From a virus, in IMG/VR virus record IMGVR_UViG_3300030098_007301, positions 64,001 through 128,000 of that record: 64,000 nucleotides of DNA; one strand, written 5' to 3'. A model generated the notes under the pieces. It saw only the letters and a list, made by a program, of their open reading frames with translations. It was not told where the DNA came from and did no database searches. The translations under genes were made by a program, and so were the position numbers. Below, piece after piece: positions 48,301-54,252 of the stretch. Positions within the stretch are counted from its first letter, which is position 1; the number at the start of each line of letters is the position of its first letter.

Positions 48301-50768
48301 TGTGTTTCGCTACTGTTGTATGCTCCTCCAAAAGCAATGCCTCCAGCATGGGCATTCGCATAGGTATTAGACGAAGATATTACTACATTTAAATTCAAGC
48401 CATTCCAACCACCTGTAGTAGCACCTAAAACGTGCAATCTATGACTAGGTGAATTTGTTCCTATACCAACGTTGCCACCCCCTTTAATAGTTAAAGGAGT
48501 TATTGCTGTGCTGCTAGTTTTTGTTCTAAAACGTATATCACCGTTACTGTTATTATATGCGTTATCTATATAAAGAATTGATGTAGCATTATCGTAAGAC
48601 AAAAGTCCATGGAAAGCACTCTCTTCACCTAGTTGAATTGCTCCTCCGTCATTCCCTGCAGAATCCGGACCCCAACCTTTCGCTAATATTTGGGCTGCTG
48701 AACTATCAACGACTTCTAAACGTCTGCTTGGACTAGTTGTTCCTATACCAACGTTGCCATTAGACAGAATTGATAAAGCTGCAGTTCCAGCATTAGTGCC
48801 AACAGTTGCGTTTACATTAATGTCAAAACCTTGACTGGTTATAAGCTGTTGACTGCCAGTAGATTTAGCGGCCAATAATAAACCCCTTGTTGCAGAATTT
48901 TGTATTTGTAACGTTGCTGTCGTGCTTCCCGCATACGGCCTCCAGTCGGTTGGGGTTCCTTCTGATACAGTTAAATGATGATTTGTGGCGGCTGCATTAG
49001 TGACGTCAAATACTCCGGCTCCTCCTACTGTTATAAATTTATATACGGGATTATCTGTTCCTATGCCAACATTGCCGTTGTCATTTATCCTCATCCTCTC
49101 TACCGTATCAGTAGAAAAACCTACCTCAAAAGCTAGCCCCGCTCTTGCATTACCTGTGTTTAAGTTAACTGCTTGAATCCTAGCTCGTGTCCTAAACGAA
49201 TCTTGAAATTTAATCCCCCATTTATCCGACGCAGTATTTCTGTTATTATCAAGTGTTAATACGTCTAAATCTGCACCCCCAGCATGAGTAATCTCTGTTT
49301 TGCCGTTGTTTAGAACAGTGAATATCGCCCCGTCAGCATTATTCATCACGTTAAGCGCGATGTAACTAGCAGACGCATCACGCCCTCTAATAGCTAAAGC
49401 GGTGTTTGCAGTAGTAGTAGCTGCGTCAACAAATAAACGACCATAAGCGGAGCTTGTTGAACCAATAGAAACATTGCCGGTAGTATTTATGGCAAATGTA
49501 GCATCGGCATCATTCACCCCTTGAGGAATAATAAAAAGGCTATCGTCATTTCCATTATTTCTTATCTGCCACTTTCTGTCACTCCCCCTGAAGAAATCAA
49601 TTCCTATGTCATTGTTGCCCGCTGCAGACTGCAATTTAATCATTGCAGATACAGAGCTATAAACTTGAAATATGCTATCGGGACTAGTTGTTCCTATACC
49701 AACATTACCGTCAGACTTAATCCGCATTTTTTCTGTAGCGGAAGCGGAGCCATCAGGCGTAGTTAAGAAAAGTAAGCTGCTAGGCATGTCGTTAGCAGCA
49801 GCTGTAGCCTCCATGGAAGCAAAAATTGTTGCCATCGACTGGAAACTACTTCCATTGTAACCCTGAAAAGCTAAAGCTGGACCTTGAGCTGCGGGCAACC
49901 CCGCAGTGGGATTACTAAGGTCTTTAGCTCTTAACTCAACAACAGCTATACCTCCGTTTTCTCTAGTTTCGAAAGCGGCTGCTGCCTGATTAGTTGTCTG
50001 AATAACCTCTAATTTTCTAGCTGGAGATGCAGTTCCTATACCAAAATTGCCGCCAGTAATATAAGAAACGTTATCTGAATCTAATCTTATGGTTTCAACT
50101 CCCCCGTCCTTCTTTATGGAGAGCCTTCCGTCTCCAAGAGTTTGACGAAATACTAATAAGCTATCTCCGTCATGAGCGGATATTTGTAAAGGGTTAGCAT
50201 TGTCTTCAATACTTTTTATGCTAAGGGTATTGTTAGGATCGGCAGCTTGATTGATTCCGACTGCTACTCCGTTATCTTGTATAATACCCGAAGTTATAGT
50301 ATCCTCATCAGACCACCGAGCTACATAATTAGCAACGCCGGAACCTCCAACGCCGGATAAAACAGACTCAATACTTTTCCAATTAACGCCGGTTGTTCCC
50401 TCATTAGTGAGGACCATCCCTCCCTCTCCAATCGAATTATTAGAGTCATAAATGTTTCCAGATATGCCTAGTTTATTAACATTAAGCCGATTACCGTCAG
50501 TAAAAGTTAAATCAGCATCACCGCCGAAAGTTCCCGCGTTATTAAACTGGACTTGAGTGTTATCTCCGCCGGGAGTGCCTCCACCTCCGCCTCCACCAGC
50601 TAGCTGAGACCATTGAGAAGTGCCTCCAACTGTTCTTCTAACAAACTGAGTAAGATTGCCGGTGTTAATATAATACGCGCCATCCAATACCCCGGTAAGA
50701 GTCGCATCACTGTTTGGTGAACCGACATTACCTACAAATCTATCTCCTGCGTATCTTATTGTTGCCAT
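39393..50768 (-). CDS. Giant modular fibre protein (3791 aa) with a C-terminal peptidase S74-type intramolecular chaperone
   Basis: About 30 GNVGIGT-type modules; ends TSSIAIKENV...IRPVKY...IGLIAEEL..LFPELV...VNYSR plus a coiled coil. Confidence 0.88.
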   Translation of the reverse strand: MATIRYAGDRFVGNVGSPNSDATLTGVLDGAYYINTGNLTQFVRRTVGGTSQWSQLAGGGGGGGTPGGDNTQVQFNNAGTFGGDADLTFTDGNRLNVNKLGISGNIYDSNNSIGEGGMVLTNEGTTGVNWKSIESVLSGVGGSGVANYVARWSDEDTITSGIIQDNGVAVGINQAADPNNTLSIKSIEDNANPLQISAHDGDSLLVFRQTLGDGRLSIKKDGGVETIRLDSDNVSYITGGNFGIGTASPARKLEVIQTTNQAAAAFETRENGGIAVVELRAKDLSNPTAGLPAAQGPALAFQGYNGSSFQSMATIFASMEATAAANDMPSSLLFLTTPDGSASATEKMRIKSDGNVGIGTTSPDSIFQVYSSVSAMIKLQSAAGNNDIGIDFFRGSDRKWQIRNNGNDDSLFIIPQGVNDADATFAINTTGNVSIGSTSSAYGRLFVDAATTTANTALAIRGRDASASYIALNVMNNADGAIFTVLNNGKTEITHAGGADLDVLTLDNNRNTASDKWGIKFQDSFRTRARIQAVNLNTGNARAGLAFEVGFSTDTVERMRINDNGNVGIGTDNPVYKFITVGGAGVFDVTNAAATNHHLTVSEGTPTDWRPYAGSTTATLQIQNSATRGLLLAAKSTGSQQLITSQGFDINVNATVGTNAGTAALSILSNGNVGIGTTSPSRRLEVVDSSAAQILAKGWGPDSAGNDGGAIQLGEESAFHGLLSYDNATSILYIDNAYNNSNGDIRFRTKTSSTAITPLTIKGGGNVGIGTNSPSHRLHVLGATTGGWNGLNLNVVISSSNTYANAHAGGIAFGGAYNSSETQTVLAGVWASRPNAGDGQYGGMVHIGAREHGTDNIEKVINVSHASVGIGTASPGKTLEVIASADNDGIEIGSSSGNVRVIDFTRTTTHANPTARIQVTEPGATHTSDMRFFTSDASGSVPNILERMRIKSDGNVGIGVTDPDAKLEIKGTAGSTGLTFKTTDSSSNNTFWIQDGGKAGLHYHPFVINQDNSDTDCPASTFFYVHHASAPFIIKNDGKVGIGTTDPGVKLNVLENAADWAVIIKNSNANGYGLSIDCSSNTGTTVYALATYTGAGTGFFVKNNGRAGIGTDQPGAAKLDIYHNGGFTDDLPTARIYHRNQPDSGNSRVAALDVNVGMNNGDLFHHGYVQLFQHFTGAAFNSPKLYFSSNSYNNSTNHRQWWGIQALADTTATGDRLAFTCDLSSVNPTATPVHIMSLLTNGNVGVGLTVPLNRLQVMPSTSGSNSSNASEDAAYFGGNELGGIGGYTGIRLGGLGTAGYGIYIRSVKTTAYGNYWNEALTFNVTRTGTQYTIDEAMRITSDSNVGIGTNAPLSKFNVLGTQGNWRVDPDSVSNEIQVLSSNTANTGFRTFRLRTNETIFDTGGSERMRILSDGKVGIGTTSPDELLHLNKTLGTTIVKAEVASNSTVGFEIKKTGSTTQNWRIVDGQTVNGVLEFYDVTDTATRLAIKGDGQLQFNSYGSGTHTGTTAYRLSVDSSGNIIETAIGAGYVDGSGTANTIPRWTDSDTIGDSIITVPSNTSVQMAGELTLNYTSPILNIGKLNTSTGNAKLRFNSKNGAAANAFDIQFVKTATEDRLDFLAGGATPTVSFLNGGQVGIGTTVPAERLHVYIAGNDIPLRVQTDNHVGVEIKGGASHDIYFLLADTATNAKIGWDHSATALKFNASASFNDNHLVVKSTGVGIGVADPGNPLQVEKSSSATSISNAQNDNALKLSNYSTAANGQFVSLGLSVAGTAGASADAVIANFYGSAGNSNLTFHTEASNTLAERMRIQSDGNVGIGTDAPASLLQLLSDGAHDEGAEIFLKHANNNTTDIVGTILFGNNVGGVAMIQGGTTGANNTGYISFSTDNAGTSSEKVRIIGDGNVGIGQIAPKADLHIGGSFSDAANDLGTAALAIKQTGTSAENGIYIERTGERKGYYIGISGVDGLTFRRNFSGTKSDIMSLTRDGNVGIGTTNPANALHVHGSADGFGYIRITDGGLGATATDGARIGYNSSALRIQNYENSNISFFTNNTTEALTIQNDGNVGIGTDAPATIFHIHTDSASAQEVFFDNNGVGPVGITFRTDFATNAGLANFIRFDAEDDGGNNTRYSTIESFIVDNTDTEEDGRLTFSTIVAGTDTETMHVVGGNVGIGINNPNARLKVQTSNTDVAIFQSTHATTANFYLSNNTATANNTSNLYFCPANGINGASVRAIAIEDFSTSANRTADLFFETRKDGTMSEKMRILADGNVGIGTDAPAALLNLFKTGANDAVSSAIYLQRAAGNYGCAILQVGNGTAGTEKLMFTAGHNSDPMSITNAKMTIQQDGKVGIGTTGPDSKLEIAGGGYNSSLKIKGSGADTGIQFEDSAGNTDGYIYANGGMVGFLDAGTHWTIQCKDDDYIKFLTNNGTEHMRITSVGNVGIGTGNPTGKLQIGANYTIPGTAYGGNDIYIANTGSHSDYDPSVTNTDDFRALIAISDGTTTGPTKPGLILYNDDTTAGGFSPMLLFAKRETGSSPYKAATAAIYARSPLGTGNSDSWIDGELIFATAGAATQGIRQRMVINKEGLVGIGTNNPGYLLHVQGTGPDLLKLRATTAGSATAPKIHFEHSSGGTQTADIVFDQSGQNKLKFTTYYQSATDGNLIQFAPADTVAMTIRGGTGSSAGFVGIGTTDPGKLLELVGGGLRLPNGESIDWNNENTRILGSHNSNKIQFDVGGVSNVLYLSNGSVGVGTNSPVEKLDVVGKQRITQNIVSNNTYQMLAFGSNRPIDDYGGLNKDYWRINVVTPGANTTGESNGHSQGDLRFSGVTGSNTTYADRFVIRFGGNIGIGTNTPATRLHVEDSTANTTATKITVQGGSLGFTLGKAQTADHYAHLRPLADNAMALRVMPNGTTVRESYVEVWNKDYENAANSTSWHRGMFYIDTSNDVYLRADGLGTAGRVYIGTENNTQTLTVQDSGNVGIGITNPSAKLYVNGATYINSDLTVDGNINFETKGDYITFFGDNNAHHSISSRNSSGNADDDIRINTYGGLFINLDSNGNDNAESHQRFQIGRHAGTGAVSASDLLLNLSGVTGMFTLYKYGSGTHTGTAAYKLSVDSSGNVIETAIGAGAVDGSGTANKVTKWTDSDTIGNSQITDNGTSVGINVSPNAANKLEVNGQLRATTGIFGNSSVSNVAAKPIHIKFGGTAALRLEDSTSSNYVYDISADFTNGFRITDVTSTLVPFTIAKTTGSVGIGTTSPAQKLHVQGTTSIVHIESSTANANASVWFKSNVGGTVANRWEIGTNISAGSSLEIYDRLNSASRMVVKNDGNVGIGTNNPGTILHIKQNDAVGPTISLTNNSKTSYINLWGATGGGTDRTNQFEINAVNTGYGLTLASTDYVRFKTNGITASDEAMRITSDGSVGIGTITPGQRLDIINGAIRISSSGETKIFFRETVAADTYADRWTIGNDDAINNAFVFSTGANFASPKLVISDDGNVGIGGDPVGDLMISRGTSAGAEIQFHGTDTAYHRLGIRKTGSRLDMGEYNNAGSALTPILTVDGDGDRVGIGTTSPEASLHVNGIVRVGVDDAGHDVRFFGATSGRYWEWDESMDLVRMRDNVKSVYGNGDDLQIYHDGSNSYIKEASTGDIILDTNSNIRFKSSTEHLLNATANGAVELYYDNSKKFETTSGGVTVTGTLTETSSIAIKENVETYTPSLDIINKIRPVKYNRKENKKKKEIGLIAEELAELFPELVEKDEKGNPSSVNYSRAVTVLLGGFKELYKEVQELKKRI

Positions 50769-50770
50769 AT

Positions 50771-51826
50771 TTATGAAAAGCTAAATGTAAATCCGTAAAA
50801 TGCTCCACTATTATATTCCGGTTCGTAAGTAGAGGCTTTTATTCTTATTTCGTAATTTCCCGCCGCTAAATTATTTTGAGTAAAAGTTCCTATTCCGTTT
50901 GTAGTTGTATATCCATTTACCCTGCTTCCTTGTTCAACCCATTTAGTAGATTGAGCCCTAGGCTCTCCTTTAGTGTTTGGTGTTTGATTTGTGTTGACGA
51001 TTGATTGACTTCCCACGTTATAAAGCTTCACTTGTTGAACATCTATATTGTAAGATAAATCATTTTCTCCTAAATCTTCTTGATTTTTTAATGTAGAATT
51101 ATCTAATAATCTATCATCCATAGGAGCCCTTCCTGAGCATATCATAGTGTCTGTAGTAGAATTATATAAAGATAAAGTCATCGTGTTCGAAAAAATAGAT
51201 TTGTCTCCCGGTTCACCTACGTCAATTTGAGCTGGTATTCGTCCGTTCACGCTGCCGTCAAAAATATGAGAAGTATCGCTACCCAATCCCGAAATTTTTA
51301 TAGTTAATGTTTTAGTACTAGATAAAGTAAAGCTTCCCGTGGCTTCTCCGCTTTGGGTGAATTTATTAAAATGCTCATGCGCAAAATCAAATCCATAGTC
51401 TTCAGAATCAAAATAACCACTAGTGTAAGCGGTTGTTAAATCCGATTCATTTTGGATGCTTACATTTAAACCGTCAGAAGAAACTTCCCAAGGGTTCAAT
51501 CTATGCCATTGAGATAAATCTATATTGTTTCCTAGCGAGTCATCGCCTCCATGTAAAAACCAACCGTAGTAAATGTAAGATGAAGAAGGTAAGGCTTTTG
51601 AATAATCATTAACAATTAGCTCATCATACTCTGTATAATATTCATCTTCCAACCCATCTACTTCCACGCTAAAAGGAAAACTAGAACTTTGCTTTAAGGA
51701 GAAGTTTTGTTGGGTTGGGCTTCCGTTCCCATGGCTCCAAAATGCTCCAGTTTGCCAAGAAATAGTAGGAGCCTCTTCGGAAGAATCCTGCTTCTTAACA
51801 AAAGCTGTTGGAAAAGTTAGTCCCAT
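50771..51826 (-). CDS. Hypothetical virion protein, possible fibre-tip adhesin
   Basis: 351 aa, aromatic and beta-rich; TAATG-coupled to the upstream fibre-like gene. Confidence 0.5.
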   Translation of the reverse strand: MGLTFPTAFVKKQDSSEEAPTISWQTGAFWSHGNGSPTQQNFSLKQSSSFPFSVEVDGLEDEYYTEYDELIVNDYSKALPSSSYIYYGWFLHGGDDSLGNNIDLSQWHRLNPWEVSSDGLNVSIQNESDLTTAYTSGYFDSEDYGFDFAHEHFNKFTQSGEATGSFTLSSTKTLTIKISGLGSDTSHIFDGSVNGRIPAQIDVGEPGDKSIFSNTMTLSLYNSTTDTMICSGRAPMDDRLLDNSTLKNQEDLGENDLSYNIDVQQVKLYNVGSQSIVNTNQTPNTKGEPRAQSTKWVEQGSRVNGYTTTNGIGTFTQNNLAAGNYEIRIKASTYEPEYNSGAFYGFTFSFS

Positions 51827-52800
51827 TAGAAATTATATCCAGTAACGGCTGAAGCCCATATCTTATTGTCTATGTTAATAAAAGTGTATAAATTAGTTTT
51901 ATCTCCTGCTAGCTTAGGAGCAGCATTGCCGTATTCCGCCCCCCAATAAACTGTTGTAGACCCCCCATTAAAATTCACTGTTATTTCAGATGAAGTACTA
52001 TTAGTAACGTACATTGTTAGAGTCTGTCCGTTAACGTCATTCGTAAATGTGTAGTTGGTTGCACCTCCTCTAGTTCCATATTGAACATTTCCAGCGCTCC
52101 AATCGACGGTATCATTAGTAGTATTGTCTGTTGGGTTTTCTTCGTATGCGCGTTTCCTATGTATAACGTTATCTACTGTAATGGTTCCCCCAGCCGCAAC
52201 AGTTATGTTTCCGTCTTGAAAATTTACATTTCCTGAGACGGGAGTGTCACTTAAATCTAAAGCTTGAGCATTAACGTCTATATGACGATTACCTGAAAGT
52301 GTTAAATCTTGATAACCTAATAGCTGTAAATCTGTACCGTTTCCATCTGAATTAAAAATCCTAGATCGGTCTAAGCCTCCAATTGAGGTATTATTTCCGA
52401 ACCCAATATTCCCAGCTCCTGTGATGTTGAGCCCCTGCATTTTTAAGTCTAAGGTTGCGACGCAGTTACCCATGTCGTCTCCACCTACCGCATTGGCTAT
52501 ACCACTTCCTGTTACTAATTTACCATCAGTTAGCCTTACTTGAAGATAGGGGTTTTGAGTGACTGTGTTAGAAGCCGTATCCCAATTTGAGTCACTGTTA
52601 TTTAAATATACGTCTTTATTGACGCCAGAAACTTGTGTGGCGCTTATGGGATTGAGGGCGTATTCGGCGACTTCTTGCGCTGTAGTTTTTAAGGTGGTAT
52701 AAGGGCCACCTACGTTACCTGAAGCTATAGGGAACAGACAATTATCTGTGATCCCGACGGTCCCCATTGCTGTGAGTTGAGATATCTTTTTATTAGCCAT
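51826..52800 (-). CDS. Short fibre / fibre-anchoring protein
   Basis: N-terminal MANKKISQL motif; C-terminal VDWSAGNVQ...YTFTN...VYWG...YTFI fibre-end domain; GTGTA at 52825-52829. Confidence 0.6.
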   Translation of the reverse strand: MANKKISQLTAMGTVGITDNCLFPIASGNVGGPYTTLKTTAQEVAEYALNPISATQVSGVNKDVYLNNSDSNWDTASNTVTQNPYLQVRLTDGKLVTGSGIANAVGGDDMGNCVATLDLKMQGLNITGAGNIGFGNNTSIGGLDRSRIFNSDGNGTDLQLLGYQDLTLSGNRHIDVNAQALDLSDTPVSGNVNFQDGNITVAAGGTITVDNVIHRKRAYEENPTDNTTNDTVDWSAGNVQYGTRGGATNYTFTNDVNGQTLTMYVTNSTSSEITVNFNGGSTTVYWGAEYGNAAPKLAGDKTNLYTFINIDNKIWASAVTGYNF

Positions 52801-52833
52801 TTTTCCTTAAACCTTATTAATATATACACTCTT

Positions 52834-54252
52834 TTAATAAGGCGGAATCAGATTTGTTACTAATAAATCATTGCTTTCTTGCTGCAAATAAAAATTATCA
52901 TCGTCACCGCCTTCTAAAAGAATAAAATCTTCTATTTTTTCCGCCCCTAGTACGCCGCTAATGAAAAATCCGTTATTTTGATTGTCAGGATTAACTTCCA
53001 CACTGAATGAAGCGTCAAAAATCTTATTATCTCCAATGCTTGAGCTGTAGCTAAAGTTCTCTAATTTTGCGCCGACAAAGCTATATCTTAGGGCTTCGTC
53101 GTTTCTCTTTATGGGAATCGCACCTGCATTTATAGGGGCAGCTGTGCTTCCTGTGCATCCATTTGGGTCTACGCTTATTGTAAAATCGTATCCACTATTA
53201 ATTTCTACTAAGTCTACTAGTGAGCCGCTGTTCCCGGATTGGACGATGCCCTGTATGGATAAATTTGCAAAAATCGGCGAATTAGGCCGGTTATCGACAG
53301 GGAACTTATATCCCATGTTATCCAGTGGAACTTTATTTAAGTTAAGGTCAATGTTGTAACTTTGTATATGTAGCTTGTCAAAATCGACTCCAAGTCCTGA
53401 AAACGAGTCAGTGGTTATGGAGATATCCCCCGGCTGAAGAGCAGGGTAGCCTTCTTCTGCCAATATCCGAGGAATGACGACGTCGCTAATGTTAAATGGA
53501 GTTCCTGTCTTAGTATTAATATCAGGAGCCTTAAACCCGCTGCCGCTTAAATTAAAATCTATATTGTAAGCATTATAAGCTACTGAAGCGCTTGGAAAAT
53601 CTCCTACTGCTCCCCTTGTGGAGTAAGATTGTAAATAACAATTGCCAAATCCTATCACATGGTATCCGGGGGCATTATCGTCTATACCTTGATATAAATC
53701 AGCTTGGGTAAAGTTTTCTTTAAAATATTCTTGATCTAAATCGTCTCCGCTTTGATTTACGGCTACATAAAAATTACGACAATCTTTATACTGGTTGATA
53801 GCAAAATCTAACCCCGGGACCTTAACCGATCTATTTTTATTTTCTTCAAAGAAGCCCGATAGTAAAGAAACCCCTAAGTTGTTAGAATAAAATGGGGCGC
53901 CCCCTTTATTAAATTCAAATTGGGGATAATTTACATTTAAGCCAATCCTAGCTTCGTTTTTAGTGCCGCATAAAAGGTAGTCAAAGTTAAGGCTAACAGT
54001 TGGATAGTTAATTATAGGCCTATCCACTAGCCCTCTTTGATTAAGTTGAGTTACGTTAGTATGGGGAATATTTATGGAATAACTGACCGACTGGACTCTA
54101 TCTATCGGATGGAGTAAATTAATTTTTTGAAATAAGTCGGAATGATCGTTAGTAGGAGCCCCTCCGGTATAATGTACAAAATTATAACCAGTTTCCGGTG
54201 CAGGTCCTACAAATAAGCCCTGACAATTGTAAATGACATTGGGCTTTGGCAT
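52834..54252 (-). CDS. Tail tube-fold paralog 3
   Basis: Shares NVIY, RVQSVSYS, IGFGNCYL.SYST, LQPGDI, HIQSY and SSSIGDNK with the two tube genes. Confidence 0.7.
   Translation of the reverse strand: MPKPNVIYNCQGLFVGPAPETGYNFVHYTGGAPTNDHSDLFQKINLLHPIDRVQSVSYSINIPHTNVTQLNQRGLVDRPIINYPTVSLNFDYLLCGTKNEARIGLNVNYPQFEFNKGGAPFYSNNLGVSLLSGFFEENKNRSVKVPGLDFAINQYKDCRNFYVAVNQSGDDLDQEYFKENFTQADLYQGIDDNAPGYHVIGFGNCYLQSYSTRGAVGDFPSASVAYNAYNIDFNLSGSGFKAPDINTKTGTPFNISDVVIPRILAEEGYPALQPGDISITTDSFSGLGVDFDKLHIQSYNIDLNLNKVPLDNMGYKFPVDNRPNSPIFANLSIQGIVQSGNSGSLVDLVEINSGYDFTISVDPNGCTGSTAAPINAGAIPIKRNDEALRYSFVGAKLENFSYSSSIGDNKIFDASFSVEVNPDNQNNGFFISGVLGAEKIEDFILLEGGDDDNFYLQQESNDLLVTNLIPPY

Larger units (their letters stand above)
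9670..50050 (-). repeat. Dispersed junction repeat GGN-AAT-GTT-GGY-ATA-GGA-ACA (plus strand TGTTCCTAT) in the fibre genes
   Basis: About 33 exact TGTTCCTAT copies by manual count (e.g. near 11053, 16036, 20443, 22177, 23487, 42222, 44562, 48456), plus single-mismatch variants. Confidence 0.85.

Noticed and set aside
17140-48450. Diversity-generating retroelement template/variable repeat pairs
   Set aside because: Both copies of each shared module are coding, differences are mostly synonymous rather than adenine-specific, and there is no reverse transcriptase in the window.
9670-50050. CRISPR array formed by the TGTTCCTAT repeats
   Set aside because: The repeats are degenerate, in-frame within ORFs and irregularly spaced at roughly 150 nt or more; no cas genes are present.
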